Below, piece after piece: positions 13,150 to 26,880 of a stretch of DNA of 64,000 bases (positions within the stretch are counted from its first letter, which is position 1; each line of letters starts with the position of its first letter). The translations under genes and the position numbers were made by a program. The notes under the pieces were generated by a model. It had not been told where the DNA came from, ran no database searches, and saw only the letters and a list, made by a program, of their open reading frames with translations. The DNA lies in the NCBI GenBank assembly GCA_964016885.1, contig OZ024743.1, positions 221,340,001 to 221,404,000 of the forward strand, written 5' to 3'. Source of the DNA: Eledone cirrhosa. Its lineage: Eukaryota.

Positions 13150-13510
13150 GTTATTGGTATGGAGGTATTATGGGAAGGTGTTTGTCTTAATAATTAGTGT
13201 TTGGCTCAGAATCGTAAGGTCGTGATTCCGAATATTATTTCATTCAGCTGGCAAACATGTGTTCTACTTGTAATTCAAAGGGCCAACCTTATCATATATT
13301 GCATCATAGTGAATCTTCCTGAGAACTACTTTAAGGATGGGCGTGTTTGTGAAGTGTTCAGCCGCTTCTATATTAATTTTAGGCGCAGGTTGTTCACCTG
13401 TTCGAACAACTGGAGCGCTCGTCGTCGAAACCGACATAGGATCGCCAATATTCAGGTGTTGCAATCTTATAGCACAACTAATCTACAAAATAGATAGTTT
13501 TTCAGAAAAT
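13150..13510 (-). pseudogene. Degenerate GIY-YIG endonuclease remnant, probably PLE
   Basis: Allowing single-base indels, the minus strand reads VV-YKI...SYVG-STT...R.GE...AAEHF. Confidence 0.4.
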
Positions 13511-14734
13511 ATCTTAAGGGAAATTCTTTCCAATTGATTAAGAAATATATTCATACTGTTTTTAAATACATTGTTTGCTTTTGAATAATCCATAATGGCG
13601 CACGTGTAGAATAAGCTCTGTGACAATTCTTGAATCAAATGCTATGAAATATTCCATGAATATATAATACATTAGTAATAGATAACTGACTTTGCTTGTG
13701 TAAGTAATAAAATTTTAACTGAATATAAATCCAATCCGTTGTATATATCTAAACTCTGGATAGTCCATGATAGATATACAACACATTCTGAATGACACAC
13801 ATCAAGTTGCACTCTGCTATGCTACTTATCAAAGTTATTAGACTGAATATAAAATACTGAAGTGATAATAAATATTATGGGAGAAGACTTCAAACGAAAC
13901 AAAACATTGCGACAATGCTTATTTTATGTAAATAATCTTTTATTGATGATTCATAAAACGTTATGGATGAATAGGTATACATAACGTTAGTTAGCTCACT
14001 TTCTACTCCTAAACACTACACAATTGTATACTATTACTGTTATGATGTTAGCAATAGGAGTAATATTTTAACCTCAGGTCAACCGTGATAGAACATACCT
14101 CTGATCAAAGGCATTCCAATTACTATCATTGTACCTTTTATTCTTACAGAGTGCATTTAGAACTATATTATCTACTATGTCCATACATAACTTTTTAAAG
14201 ACAGTTGTGAGAGATTTGAGGGGAAAAATTTGCTATTTCTAGCAAGTTAATATAGCTCATTTATTCGGCTAGAACTAACACTGTCGTTACCGAATAATTG
14301 GTATGTGTTAAAATAGATTGTTGCTGTGAAGTTAATATCTTTCTCAACATTAATGATGAAAGTGACTTGACTCAACTTCGATATAACAACTCAACCTCCA
14401 TCACTACCATCTCAGTGTTTCTTACGTACGAGGGTATGAAAGCGCATGACTTAGAGGTTATCGTTACTCGGCTGATGATCGTATAGTTGAGAGATCGATT
14501 CATCATGGTGCGTTATGTTCTCAAGGAAAGACACTCTATTTCACGTTTCCCCAGATCACACAGGCGGCACAAATGGTTAATGCCTGTGATTTAAAGAGCC
14601 ATGCTTTTCGCACAACTTTACCATGAATTGCCCTCAGAATTACGTTGTGTGAAATGTTCAATCACAAGCAGGTCAATTTGACGAGTGTGATGTTACATTG
14701 ATCGAATAACTGGAGCACTCAATCATCGGAACCG

Positions 14735-14819
<85 letters not shown>

Positions 14820-15404
14820 CCTCTCTCTCACACACTCTCTTTTAGCCACTCCCCTCTCTCTCTCTTTCCATCTCATCCACTTTCTTCTTTTTTTTCTCGA
14901 TCTCTCCTTCTCTTCTATCCCCTCTTCTTCCGCCAAATCACTTTATTTTATCCTTTAGATTCGGTAAGAAGCTGACATATCATTGTTAAGCTACACCAGC
15001 TGCATTCTTTTGACGGTAGTCTACATTTGTCCATCTTTCCGACGTTAAACAAATTGTACAATATCGTGTGCCTTAATTAACACACACGTCTATTCTTTAT
15101 TTATTTCTAGTCGTAATATTTTTCCGTTTTTGTCGAAAAAACCCTGTAATTATTTCTGTCCTTTCTTTGCTGCAATATTGTCACACATAGATATTACCTA
15201 TAGAGCGGCTCTCCAATTTCTTGCATGAACTGGCATTAAATGTAAAATCTATGTTCCACTTTAATGCACGAAATTGCACGCCAGAATGTCGATGACGGGG
15301 TAGAGACGCCGTTGTCTGTTCGACGCATATAACTGTTTTTTCTTTGTATTTGAATTTTCTCCTAATAGCTGATGTAATAAATATATTGTGTGACTGTGTG
15401 TGTA

Positions 15405-15453
<49 letters not shown>

Positions 15454-15475
15454 GCACACAAACACACACACATAC

Positions 15476-15561
<86 letters not shown>

Positions 15562-15679
15562 ATATGTATGTATATATGTCTACACATATGTATATATATA
15601 TATACATCCATAGACATATACATACATATATATATATATATAATAGTTAGCGATTCTTTGGTTAAACTTTAATCTGTTA

Positions 15680-15724
<45 letters not shown>

Positions 15725-15769
15725 CTTCCATATACTGTACCGATTATGTTGTTATTTCTGTTTACCTTT

Positions 15770-15882
<113 letters not shown>

Positions 15883-15905
15883 TACATATATACATACATA
15901 CATAG

Positions 15906-15936
<31 letters not shown>

Positions 15937-16501
15937 CATACATCTATTTATCGATGTGCACCATTATTATTCCCACAAAATAAATATAGAAACACGAATG
16001 ATAATTTCCTACCTCTATATCCACCTCACTCTTTCACATTTCAAACTATAGCCTCTATCCCTATTACTCCTTTAAGGTTTCAAATCAAATATTCAAACAT
16101 TTTATAAGATTTCCAATGAATATTAATACCTGAAAAGTTATGCTATTTCTAATTCTAAAATAATCTCCATTCCGGGAGTTTAAAGTATTAAATGAGTTTG
16201 GTTTTAAAAATAATAACATTAATAATAATAATAATTATTATTATTATAATAATAATGCTTTCTTTATTAACCACAAGGGTTTACATAAAGTAGTCATTAA
16301 CGACAGTACAGGACAATAAAGGACGGTACAAATGAGCATTTCTGCGTGTAAAAAAACAGAGGATGTAATAAAAATAACAATGAAAAATTCCCCAATAGGG
16401 GAGGAGACTTCCGAGGGACATTTGTGGAGAAAGTCCATTAAAAGGCCACAGTGACCCTGACCACCAGGGCAAGTGCCTTCTCCAAGTTTTCCACCTTTAA
16501 T

Positions 16502-19500
16502 TTACAGACACATACTCAGAGTAGGCCCATTCACTCGGGCCATACTTGCTTCTCTCACCCATCTTTCAACAAAATGCTGGGAAGAGAGCACTTCCCTCTC
16601 TACCCTGATTTTCCTTATCAAATGAAATTTGAAAAAGTTAATCAGGGCATCACCGAAGAGGTAACTGCTCGTCTTCAGCCCTTTCAAACGTGTCCACCAT
16701 ATCTTTTTCGCCATGGCCACCAGACAGATAAAAACTGCCTGCCCTTCCCGGCTAAAGGAAGAGGGCGGAGCAATCCTCACGATGGAATCAGCTGATAGCT
16801 GGATCCGTCCTACACGTGACAGCAGGTGTTCGACATAAACCCACAAGTCAGCAATGCTCGGACACTGGACGAGTGCGTGCAGGACGGTTTCGTCGCCGGC
16901 GCGCATCTCGGACATGCCCGGCTGACGGCACCTCCATGCCTGTAGAGTTTATCCCGAACTGCCAAAGCTCCTCGGTAGCACTGCCAGGCCAGGGATTTCT
17001 GGAAGTTGTCCATAGGCCCCGGCCTGAAAGTCCTGCCGAAGAGATTGGCTAGTTGATTTTCATCGACGCCTAGAGTTTCTCCAAGTACGTCGTCGCTCTT
17101 CCCCTCCACTAATCCTCTATAGAACGCCAAGGTGGATTTCCACCGATCACATTGCCCGATTGGTCGAGGGCTGTGAGCGCCTGAAGACATTCCAGTCTCC
17201 AAGCGCTCCCTCTCGGTCTTCGCTTGACCCAAGACTACAGCTCCGTCAAGGAGACGAGCTGGGGAAAGACGCGTCTAGCAAACGGCGACCACACCTGATC
17301 TCCGTCGAGGAAGAGGTGTAGATGTCGTAGCCTGAGCGCGTGTCTGCGCATCATCAGCCACGGCATTCCCAGCCCTCCACGTAGCGGGTGTTGACAGCAG
17401 ATGGACCGCCTGACCATCGGAGCGCGTCCCTTTCACAAAAAGCGAAAGAGCAAACGCTCCAGCGCAGTCAGGCGGGGCTTAGGACAAGGTACCACGGTCA
17501 GCCGGTAGTAGATGACGGACGCGATGTACGCGTTAGCCACCTCCGCTCGACCTTTCAGGGGTAGCTTCCTCTCCGCCCATTTCTGGGTGAGAGAAGCCAC
17601 CCTGCTCGTCACCTCGTCCCAGTTTTTGTTCGTCTGGAGGTCCGGACCGAACCAGACCCCTAGCAATTTAAACGGACCGTCCGTCCAGCGCCCGACGACG
17701 CTGTTGGACGGCATGGACCTGCCTCTCCAGGTGCCGAGCTGCAGGCCCACTGACTTTTCCTGGTTGATCATTGCTCCTGTCACCGCTTCGTATTCTCTTA
17801 GTGTAGTGCCGATCGCCTCGATGTGTTTGGCGTTCGACACAACTACGGTGACATCGTCCGCATATGCTGACACGGATCTTCCACATCCTAGTTCGCGCAG
17901 GACGCCCCTCAACGTCTCCAGTTTGTGCAGTAATGGCTCGAGAGTAAATACGTACAAGAGGGACGAGAGGGGACATCCTTGGCGGACCGAGCGCATGATG
18001 TTGAACGGTTCCGAAAGGTGACCGTTCACTCTCTACCACAGAGCAGATGTTGCTGTTCATGGCAGCGATCCAGCCTCTGAAGACGGGCCCAAAGCCAGCC
18101 GCCCTCAGGACTGCCGCTAGGTAACGATGGCCGACCATATCGAAAGCTTTCGACTGATTTAAATTGATCAAGGACCCATCCGTGCCAGGTTCCCTAGCTA
18201 CCCTCTCTACGATGTATCGCATGAGGTGGAGGTCGTCGTGGATGGATCTGTCGGGAATGGCGCCTCTCCCACCAGACCACCAACGACAAGCGCCAATCTC
18301 TTTGCTAGCACCTTGGCCAAAATCTTGAACTCTGAGTTTAGCAGAGTTATGGGCCTAAAATTATTTATGTTATCCCCTTGTTCGGATCCTTTCTCAGCAG
18401 CGCCACAGGTCCTCGGCTCACGGAGCTGGGAATTCTCCCGTTCTGTTGCCAGTTCCAGTAGACGTCCGCCAAGAGACCTCCGAACAAGTCTAGCATCTGT
18501 ACGTAAAGTTCATAGGGCAGACCATCCAAACCAGGCGATTTACCCCTTGTGCAGCCAGTGATTGCCTCCCGTACTTCAGCGGCTGTTATCGGCTTTTCGC
18601 AACACTCCGCCTCAGTGGCCGAGAGCCGCGGAAGTCCGTCGAGGTAGACACTAAAGTCCATCCCTCGATTCGTCCCGCCGCTGGGCGAAGTGTCGTTGGA
18701 AAGCTTCACACATTTGCCCGGGATCGAGTAGCATGCGCCCGTCGTTGTCCACCAAAGACCGGATCGTGGCTTTGATGCCACGACGCGCCTCCGCCACTCG
18801 GGCCCATTGAACGGCCTTCGTCCCCTCGTGTCTAAGAGCACGCACCCTAGCTCTGACAACGCAGCCTTCGTGCTTTGCATTGAAGAATTGGTCAAGGGCC
18901 AATTTCGCCGCAAGTACGTCGGTCGGGATGCCTTTGCTAAGCGCCTCGTCTAATTTTCTAACTAATTCTCCCTCTGCTCTATTTTTCTCTATTGCTAAAG
19001 CCTCACTAAATCTAATGGACTCTATTATAATTGCTCTTTTCAGAGCAAACCACCACTTGTTGTTGACGATGGCACCCGTGAACGCCCGCTTAACTAGTTC
19101 GCTAATCCGGTCTCTGTAGGCCTTGCGCGCTGGTAAGGACGCGTTTAGCTTCCAGTAGCCGGGTCCTCGTCTATGAAGCCTATCTAAGTCAAGCACACAG
19201 ATCACGAATTTGTGGTCCGTGTAGCTGACTATCTTGAATTGTGGACAGCCTCTGCTAGACCTATCTATTTCCCTACAACATACTCTATCTAGATATGATC
19301 TGGATGACCCTATACGACTTGTCCAAGTCCACATTGGCACATTCGGGAAATCCAATCGGTACCTGTCAGACTGTTCAAAACGCCTGAGCAGGTTGGTGAA
19401 GCTTTTGCACCCTCCTCCCCTATCCGCTGATCCCACACAGTCCCAGCGTGCATCTAATATCTCGTTTTAGTCGCTCACTAACACTAAAGAGCGGGACGTT

Positions 19501-19893
19501 CCAAGAAAGGTTTCCAGACGCCGGAAGAAATCAGGCCGCCCTGCTCCTGTCGAGGCAGAGACGGCCACTAGCCTGAAAGCTTTCCCGTCTCCGCTGGTGA
19601 CGTCTAGCACCACCAACTTACCTTCTCGGTCCAGGAAGATGGCCCGTATGGCGAGATCCAAACCTCTCCGAAAAAGCACAGCAACTCCTCCCCCCGATCC
19701 AGGACGGCTGGGAGATGCGTACACATCGTAGCCGCCGAAGATCGGTTGCGAAGGCCCGTGCTTCGAAGATTCTGGTCTCGCTGATGGCCACTACGTCTAT
19801 GTTTAGTGACCTGAGGTCGTTGAGCAGGTGGTCCTGCTTCCATGACGACCCCAAGCCACGCGCATTTATGCTGCCTATTCTGAGTGAGGTCAT
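16502..19893 (-). pseudogene. Tx1 ORF2: AP endonuclease, reverse transcriptase and C-terminal zinc finger (disrupted)
   Basis: MTSLRIGSINARGL, VVAISET, GGVAVLF, YLDR, TDHK, GPGYWKLN, KSPGLDGLPYELY, FRPITLLN, SKAFDMV, VRQGCPLS, AYADD, LLGVWF and CPRC..ETVLHALVQC, spread over several frames. Confidence 0.92.
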
Positions 19894-19904
19894 GTTGAAA
19901 TGGA

Positions 19905-21843
19905 GTGGAAAAATGGGAAAGACCACTTACCTTACTTCTCGTAGAGGAAGGATGGTTTGGCCATCCTTTTTACTGCTTGTGGCCTCCTCCGGAAGGATGT
20001 CCTTATAACTCTTCCTGGAGAGTGCTTGTCCGAAGTCTCCGATGTCTTTGGGGAATTTTTGTTTTAGTGTCATGTACGTTTTCTGTGTGATGCGAGTGAT
20101 TTATATGTGTGGAGACGGCGTGAACTTTTGGGTTGTTGTGTAGTCTTTTTCTGTGATGCTGGTGTTGTGTTGGATGCAGTGTAATAATTGGTTGTTGTTC
20201 AAATTTAATGCTGTGTAGTGTGTATCGTTTTGGTTGTTTTGTTTTGTTTGCGTTTGTTGTGGGTTTGTTTCTGTTTCGCTTTTTGGTGACTTTTGTGGTG
20301 TTGGTGATGGTGGTGTTGGGGTTAATGATGGTGATGGTGTTGGTGTTTGTGGTGATGGGGTTGGTGATGCTGGTGTGGATGGTGGCATATCTGTCCTAAC
20401 TTTTTTGTTTGATAGTTTATTTGTTTCCCTCTGTATTTTGTTTTTGGAGGGGGAATGAAGAGAATTTTTTTCTTTTTTGGTTTCTTTTTTTCTTTTTTTC
20501 TTTTTTCCTGATACCGTTTCCCAATCCTCGTCGTCACAATCTGTCTCCAGTTGTGATAGGCCGGGGAGTGGAAAATCCTCCACATGCGTTGGTTTTAGTT
20601 GTGGCGTGGTGGAGGGTGTATGGGTTGGTGCTAGTTCTGGCGCGTTGGGTGGTGGTGGTGTTGGTTTTGCTACTGTTGCTGGGGTTGTTGCTGTTACAAT
20701 TGCTTCTGTTGTTGCTGCTACAGTTGTTGCTGCCATCTCTGCTGCTGGTGGTGTTGATGGTTGAGTCACTGGGGTGGGTAAGAGAGGTGGCCTCAAACTT
20801 TTAACCTGAGGGCAGAAAGCCATTAGGTGGGTTCCTTCACCACAAACAACACACCTAGGCCTTCTGCCCTCGACGATTACGGTGAGGTGGCTGCCGTCAG
20901 TGAGGTCTATTACCTCTGGGATCTCCTCAATGCTTTTTTGGTCCGCTTGGATCAGGAGCTCCATCCCAGATCCGGACCAGTTTTCCTGCTTTTCTTTCGC
21001 TATTTCGATTATCTTGGTGTTGGCTTCGATGCCGGCGAGGACGACAGCTATTAGCCAGGGAATTTCGATGGCCGGTGGAACGTGGGTCACCTGATCTTCA
21101 CGAGTCTCTGGCTATAATAGCTTGGGACGAGTGTGAAGTCGTCACTTCTTAATGGGGCCATGGAGTGTTCTCTGGCCTCCTGTGGTGTTTCAAAGAACAC
21201 GTCCACGGTTCTATATTTCTGCCCACGTCTGATGTGGGTTTTTTTTACTCACACATGTCCCAAAGCTTTTTGGATTTGGGACTCGGGTGCCCGTTCAACT
21301 CGGCGCGATTTTATGCTAATCGTCCGATAAGACACGGTGCATAGGCGCCGATGCTCCATTTTATTAGGTGTGTGTGGGGGGGGGGGGCTGACCCTGTACC
21401 CATCTTTCTTTACCATTTTTTTAGCTTCTTCTAAGTCCTCCTGAGTTACCTGGATGCTTCGCACTGTTTTGCTACTCTGGCAAAACTCAGGGTGGTTTTC
21501 TTAATTTCATTGTTGCTGTTATCGTTATTTTTGTTATTGTTAATTTTAGTTTCAGTTGTGGTGGTGTTCGGTGTGGAAGAGTTCATTTTGGTTGAATTTA
21601 TTTCGATATCACGAGTTAATTTATTTTTTTCTTTTGTTTCTGTTGTCGCTGTGGTGGTGTGGGGGTGGCGGCTTTAACACCTGCACTCATTGGTAATGGC
21701 GGGAAATGAATGTCTGCCTGAGACAAATTTAAAATATTGCTACTGCTTATATTTTTATTGTTGGCAAACGTAGTAATATTTACAATGGTTGTGTCGGGGT
21801 GAGATGTTAGTTTGTGAGGAAGGTGTGACTTTGAGTCGGCCAT
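19905..21843 (-). pseudogene. Tx1 ORF1, Gag-like nucleic-acid-binding protein (disrupted)
   Basis: CCHC knuckle CVVCGEGTHLMAFC (C-x2-C-x4-H-x4-C) in ORF 20101-21090; Pro/Thr-rich and basic C-terminal region; lies upstream of ORF2. The 3' limit is approximate. Confidence 0.75.
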
Positions 21844-22062
21844 GATTTTTCAAAGAAAATTTTTTTTTTGTTTGATAATTATAAAAAGTTTAAATTTTGT
21901 GCTCAAGGCCCCAATCTTTTTGAGTGTCCTTTTCAGAAATCAATGTATGTGCACTTATATACAGTTAACAATAAAAATGTTCCATAAATGGCAATTTTAA
22001 ACAACTGAAAATAACAAACCTTTGCGGAGCTCACGATGATACGATTTACTGCGTAGGTCGCC

Positions 22063-22137
<75 letters not shown>

Positions 22138-22158
22138 TATAATTATAATAATAATAAT
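22063..22158. repeat. (AAT)n microsatellite
   Basis: Direct reading; lies between the Tx1 5' end and the Dong-like fragment. Confidence 0.97.
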
Positions 22159-22159
22159 A

Positions 22160-23363
22160 GTAGGACGTGGGTTAATCCAGTTAGATATTGCGTTGAAAAC
22201 TGCAACAATTGGATTATCTATACATCTAAGGGAATCACATTATTGGATGATCAAACTCGTTTTGAAACACGAAAGCATCAAATGATCATACTCCATTACA
22301 AAAGATGCACAAAGATACAGTAATGGACTACAAATTTCAGAAGTTCCATTTACTGCTGAAATGGAAAACACAGAAAAAGCAAAGCAGGTAAAAGTAACTG
22401 CAAAGAAAGAACTGCTACAGAAACTGGCTAAAAAATGGCAAGAAAAGCCTCTGTATGGAAAATATCCAGAAAGAGCTAACAATCCTGATGTTAACAAAAC
22501 TTTAACCCATCAGTGGTTGGCATCCTCTGGACTGAAATCGGAGACCGAAGGACTGTTTATATCAGCACAAGATCAGTGTCTGCCAACAAAAAATTACCAA
22601 GCCCACATAATAAAAAATGGATGCAGCCCATTATGCCGTGTATATAAAAAAACAACCAGAGACCATTGATCATATAATTTCAATGTGCAGTCCTATAGCT
22701 CCAACCGAATACCTAAACAGGCATGACAGAGCTGCACAATACATACATTGGATAATGTGTAAGCATTTTGACCTGCCCAATCAAAAGAATTGGTGGTAGC
22801 ATCAACCACCTCCCATACTTGAAAAAGATCACATCTCAATCTTGTGGAACTTTAGCATCCAAACAGACCGAAAAATAGATGCAAATACACCTGATATAAT
22901 ACTGAAGGACTTTTAAAAGAGGGTATGGCTGCTAATTGATATGTCCGTTCCAATAGACAAAAATGTATCTATAAAAACATTTGAAAAATTGAGCAAGTAT
23001 AAACACCTGGAGATAGAAATTGGAAAAATGTGGAAATTGAGAACTAAAACAATACCAGTGGTTGTAGGCGCTCTAGGAATGATACCTAAGGGGTCTAGTG
23101 ATTACTTATCGCAAATCCCAGGAAACCCGCGTATAGGAGAAATACAAAAGATAGTACTAACAGGAACTGCCCATATACTAAGGAAGATTATGTCAATATA
23201 AGTACATCACAAGTCTAAACATCTAAAGATGCATGTGTGTGCATGTATGTTCTTTCTTGAACATGGCGGATCTTGTTGTCTCTTGAGGTCACTGGTTGTG
23301 ACTTGGTGATAACTCGTATGAACATAAAGCAAGATAAATGCAACTGTAATAATAATAATAATA
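22160..23363 (+). mobile_element. R4/Dong-clade retrotransposon with restriction-like endonuclease, 5'-truncated
   Basis: GRGL, WQEKPLYGKY, LKSETEGLFISAQDQ, CRV..ETIDHIISMC, RHD, ILWNFSIQTDRKIDANTPDI, LIDMSVP, EKLSKY, IPVVVGALG; (TAA)n tail at 23347-23363. Confidence 0.88.
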
Positions 23364-23405
23364 AAACTTAAATTATATATGCATGAGTATATGTATGCAT
23401 GTATA

Positions 23406-23437
<32 letters not shown>

Positions 23438-23438
23438 A

Positions 23439-23470
<32 letters not shown>

Positions 23471-23763
23471 CTGTGTGTGTGCGTGTGTATGTTTGTAAAT
23501 TTAGCAGTCATGAATTTTCATTTATGCAATCATACATCAACATTCTCTTACACACACTTAATAGTTTCATACTGGTTTAATCCTGATATATATATATGTG
23601 TGTGTGTGTGTGTCTGTCATTTTTATATATGTATATATCTATCTATCAATCTATCTACATACCTACTTCATATATCCGTTTGGCTGAGAGTTAATTTATA
23701 ATTACCCATTTAAATCTTCCAATGTATCTATCTTCCAGGACATCAATAGGAAAAACGAAGGTC

Positions 23764-23815
23764 AAATCTCAATAGCAGTCCTCATATATATATATGAGGA
23801 CTGCTATTGAGATTT
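23764..23815. repeat. Perfect 52-bp palindrome centred on (TA)n
   Basis: AAATCTCAATAGCAGTCCTCA-TATATATATA-TGAGGACTGCTATTGAGATTT. Confidence 0.95.
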
Positions 23816-23921
23816 ATATATGTACATACATATATATATGTGTGTGTGTGTGTACGAGAACCTGCCAATAGGTGTCGCTGATTTACAGACAAACAGACAG
23901 AAGACGAGGCGAACGTACGAA

Positions 23922-23954
<33 letters not shown>

Positions 23955-23957
<3 letters not shown>

Positions 23958-26880
23958 GTTACAGTATCGTAAAAAAGGATAGGAATGAAGAGCTATAGAG
24001 AGGTGCCATACAGAGTATTACATGCCAAAAGCGGGTGCGTAAGTGCTCGATGAATGGGTTATCATGGTTAAATATTAGAGAAAATTTATATTTAGTGTAC
24101 AGGATTAAGTAGAGCGATTATAGGCAAAATAATTAATGAAAGAGTTACAAGCCGTTAAATTATATCTTTATAAACCTCTTACACATGTTTCGCCTAATGG
24201 GGCTCGTCTGAGGCAGATATTAAGGCAAAGTTTTAATTATATATCCTATTAGGGTAAAATAATAATTTTACATCACAGTGCATATTTAATATCCGTGGTT
24301 AAGTATAAAACACAGTGGGAAGAGATTAGTATGCTAAGGGAGGGAATTACCGGTGCTAGTAAAACGTTTCTTCTCTAACTAATGACCACTGCCAGCTATG
24401 AAAAATGTTTTATTTTATTATTTAAAAGGAATTAACATAAGTAGGGTTGGTCAACTCAGTGTAAATGAGGATGTATTAAGGTGTGAGTATGAATAATTAG
24501 TAAAGTCGTTAAAGACCACACACAGGTTTAACTAGTGCAATGAGGCACGTTAGGTGCGAATCCGAAGGCCTAGAAAAATAAAGTCAATTTGGATATAATT
24601 TATATATTCATATAATCGATTGTCTAAGAAACTGCTTGGGTATAGGCAGCAGTTCTGTATGATTACCCAAAGACCAGTCTGGCCAAGTGGAAGAATATAG
24701 CGGGGTAGACCCGGCTGAACATACGCAGTGCCGCTTTGATATCCCGATGGGGTCAAGTGACTCAGCGCAGGCAACTGACCTGGTCGGGATTTACCTCCTG
24801 TACAGACTTAAAGACGAGATCCCTGTGCTATAAGGAGGTGTGTATAGGACGATGCCCTTTTCACTGTAAAGAACCATAGCCTCCGTAGGATAGAAAACCT
24901 TAATAAACATATACACAAGTTCTTTAAATCATACGGCGTCTCTGTAACTATCGACCACAACCATAATATAGTTAATTTCTTAGATGTTACGTTAGCATTA
25001 GCTACCGGCTTATACAGACCATACGACAAGCCTGGTGAGGTCCTTTCCTACATCAACTATGCTTCTAACAACCCTAAATGTACGCTCAACTCTATTGTGT
25101 ATAGCAACTCACATAGAATCTAGAGGCTTTCTGCTAATGAAGACCTCTTCAACCAAACTGCTGATTATTATAACAAGGCATTGGGTGATTCAGGTTATAA
25201 CAGCAAAATTTCATACCTCCACGACGCAGGCTCTATAAAGCCCCCCCCCCCCTCATGTAGGACCAGTGTTATAGCGAGCCATACCTATAGCCAACGCCAC
25301 AGTGGCCCTAGAAGCGTAAAAAGTATTAGAAGAGCAAATAATGCCACTAGCTACGGCCGGCATCATAACCATAAAGCTAGCGGGACGGATATATTACCAT
25401 ACCCACACCATCATGGTCCGGCTGATTATAGTAGTAACTGCAGCCTACTGGAATTATTCCCCGCTTACAAGCTTAATAAAGGTGACGGTTTATTATCTAC
25501 ACCTTCTAACCCACCTGAGGTACCCCTAAACCGCCGCACTGAAAAGTGTTTGTGCACTCAGGCATAATGCCAACAGAGCACACATTATACAGCAGCCCTA
25601 TAGCCCTGATAGGGACACCCACCAAGGTAATAACCGCCGTAGTAACCCCACAACTACGCGTAATCACCACCGTAATGTCCTATGGTTTCATCCCCCCTAC
25701 TTTCGGAGTGTGGCCTCCAATTTACCCAGTATCTTTCTCGACGCCTTAGAGAGGAACTTTCCACCATACCACAGATACAGAAAAATCCTCAATAAGAATA
25801 ACGTAAACATCTCCTATTCCACTACACCTAATCTAGCCGACCTCATAGCAATAAGTAACCACAGCAAGCTCACTAGAATACAACATGCTAGTAATGAGAA
25901 TTTTAGGGAATATCACAACTCGGTTAACCTTAACAGTTCTCTCGCCCCGCACGATAACGATAGTAGTAACCAGAACAGGTATTTTAGTATTAGCAGTAGA
26001 TTACACAATAGCACCACATTAGAAACTATTTGCAGCACCAGTAGTGTGACCGACGACAGGGTTAGAAAACATAACAGCCCTAACAACGGCTGTAGAAGAC
26101 GCTATAGCACGGGAGGTGCGCGTAGCACCATTTTGCGTGTTTATAATGCCAACTACAACTATGGTAGCTATTGTGATGGTGATAATAATAATAATACGAT
26201 TAACACCAACACTCACCACATTAGAGGTGACAACAAAAACATTGCAATTGTCATAACCCTGCGGACTGTCCACTCCGAGGCTACTGCTTGACTAGAAGTG
26301 TTATCTATAGATGCACGGTTACTTGTCATAATAGTGTTAAGTCTTACATAGAAGCTACTTCTGGGGCGTTCAAGACCAGATTTCAGGCACATCTCCATTC
26401 TTTTAGGAATAGGAAGCTTAGATACTCTACCTCCCTCGTTAATTATATTACCCAATTAAACGACTAACATTAGCTACACCACTCATTGGGAAATTGTGAA
26501 CCAAGCAACACCATACAATTTTTAAAAAAGCTGACAACTCTGCCTAATGGAACTGAACTATATAGTGCAAGCACCCCCAAGAGCTCATAAATAGTCAGGC
26601 GGAAACTGTCATCAATTGCGGCCATCGGCTACAACAATTTTTCTACAGATGGACCCCAACAACTATATAACCACCATAACACCTGATGCTCTCAACACCA
26701 CACCCTTGCCTGACTTACCGGCGGTAGACTTACCATTAAACAACGTGGAATAACACCATCATCCACCCTCTGTTTTCCCACCAGGAAGCCGCAGTGCGTA
26801 TGTTCAGCCGAGCCTACCCACTGTATTCATCCACTTGGCCAGAGTGGTCTTTGGGTAATCTTACAGAACTGCTGCCTTGA
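23955..26880 (+). mobile_element. Penelope-like element (Naiad-type), 5'-truncated, with inverted upstream pLTR
   Basis: 24643-24730 is the diverged reverse complement of 26790-26877; degenerate minus-strand hammerhead at 24175-24213; RT and GIY-YIG remnants lie in between. Confidence 0.82.
24735..26670 (+). pseudogene. PLE reverse transcriptase and GIY-YIG endonuclease (disrupted)
   Basis: FDIPMGSSDSAQATDLVGIYLL, Y(R)DDAL, VNFLDVTL, YRPYDKP, WFHPPY, KILNKNNVNISYSTTPN, CNC...CPLRGYCL..SVIY...SYIEAT..FKTR...H, WEI, *QLCLME, CGH. Confidence 0.85.

Larger units (their letters stand above)
16258..22061 (-). mobile_element. L1/Tx1-clade non-LTR retrotransposon, near full length, frameshifted
   Basis: ORF1 plus ORF2 (APE-RT-zinc finger) architecture; AATAAA near the 3' end; flanked on both sides by (AAT)n. 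Confidence 0.92.
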
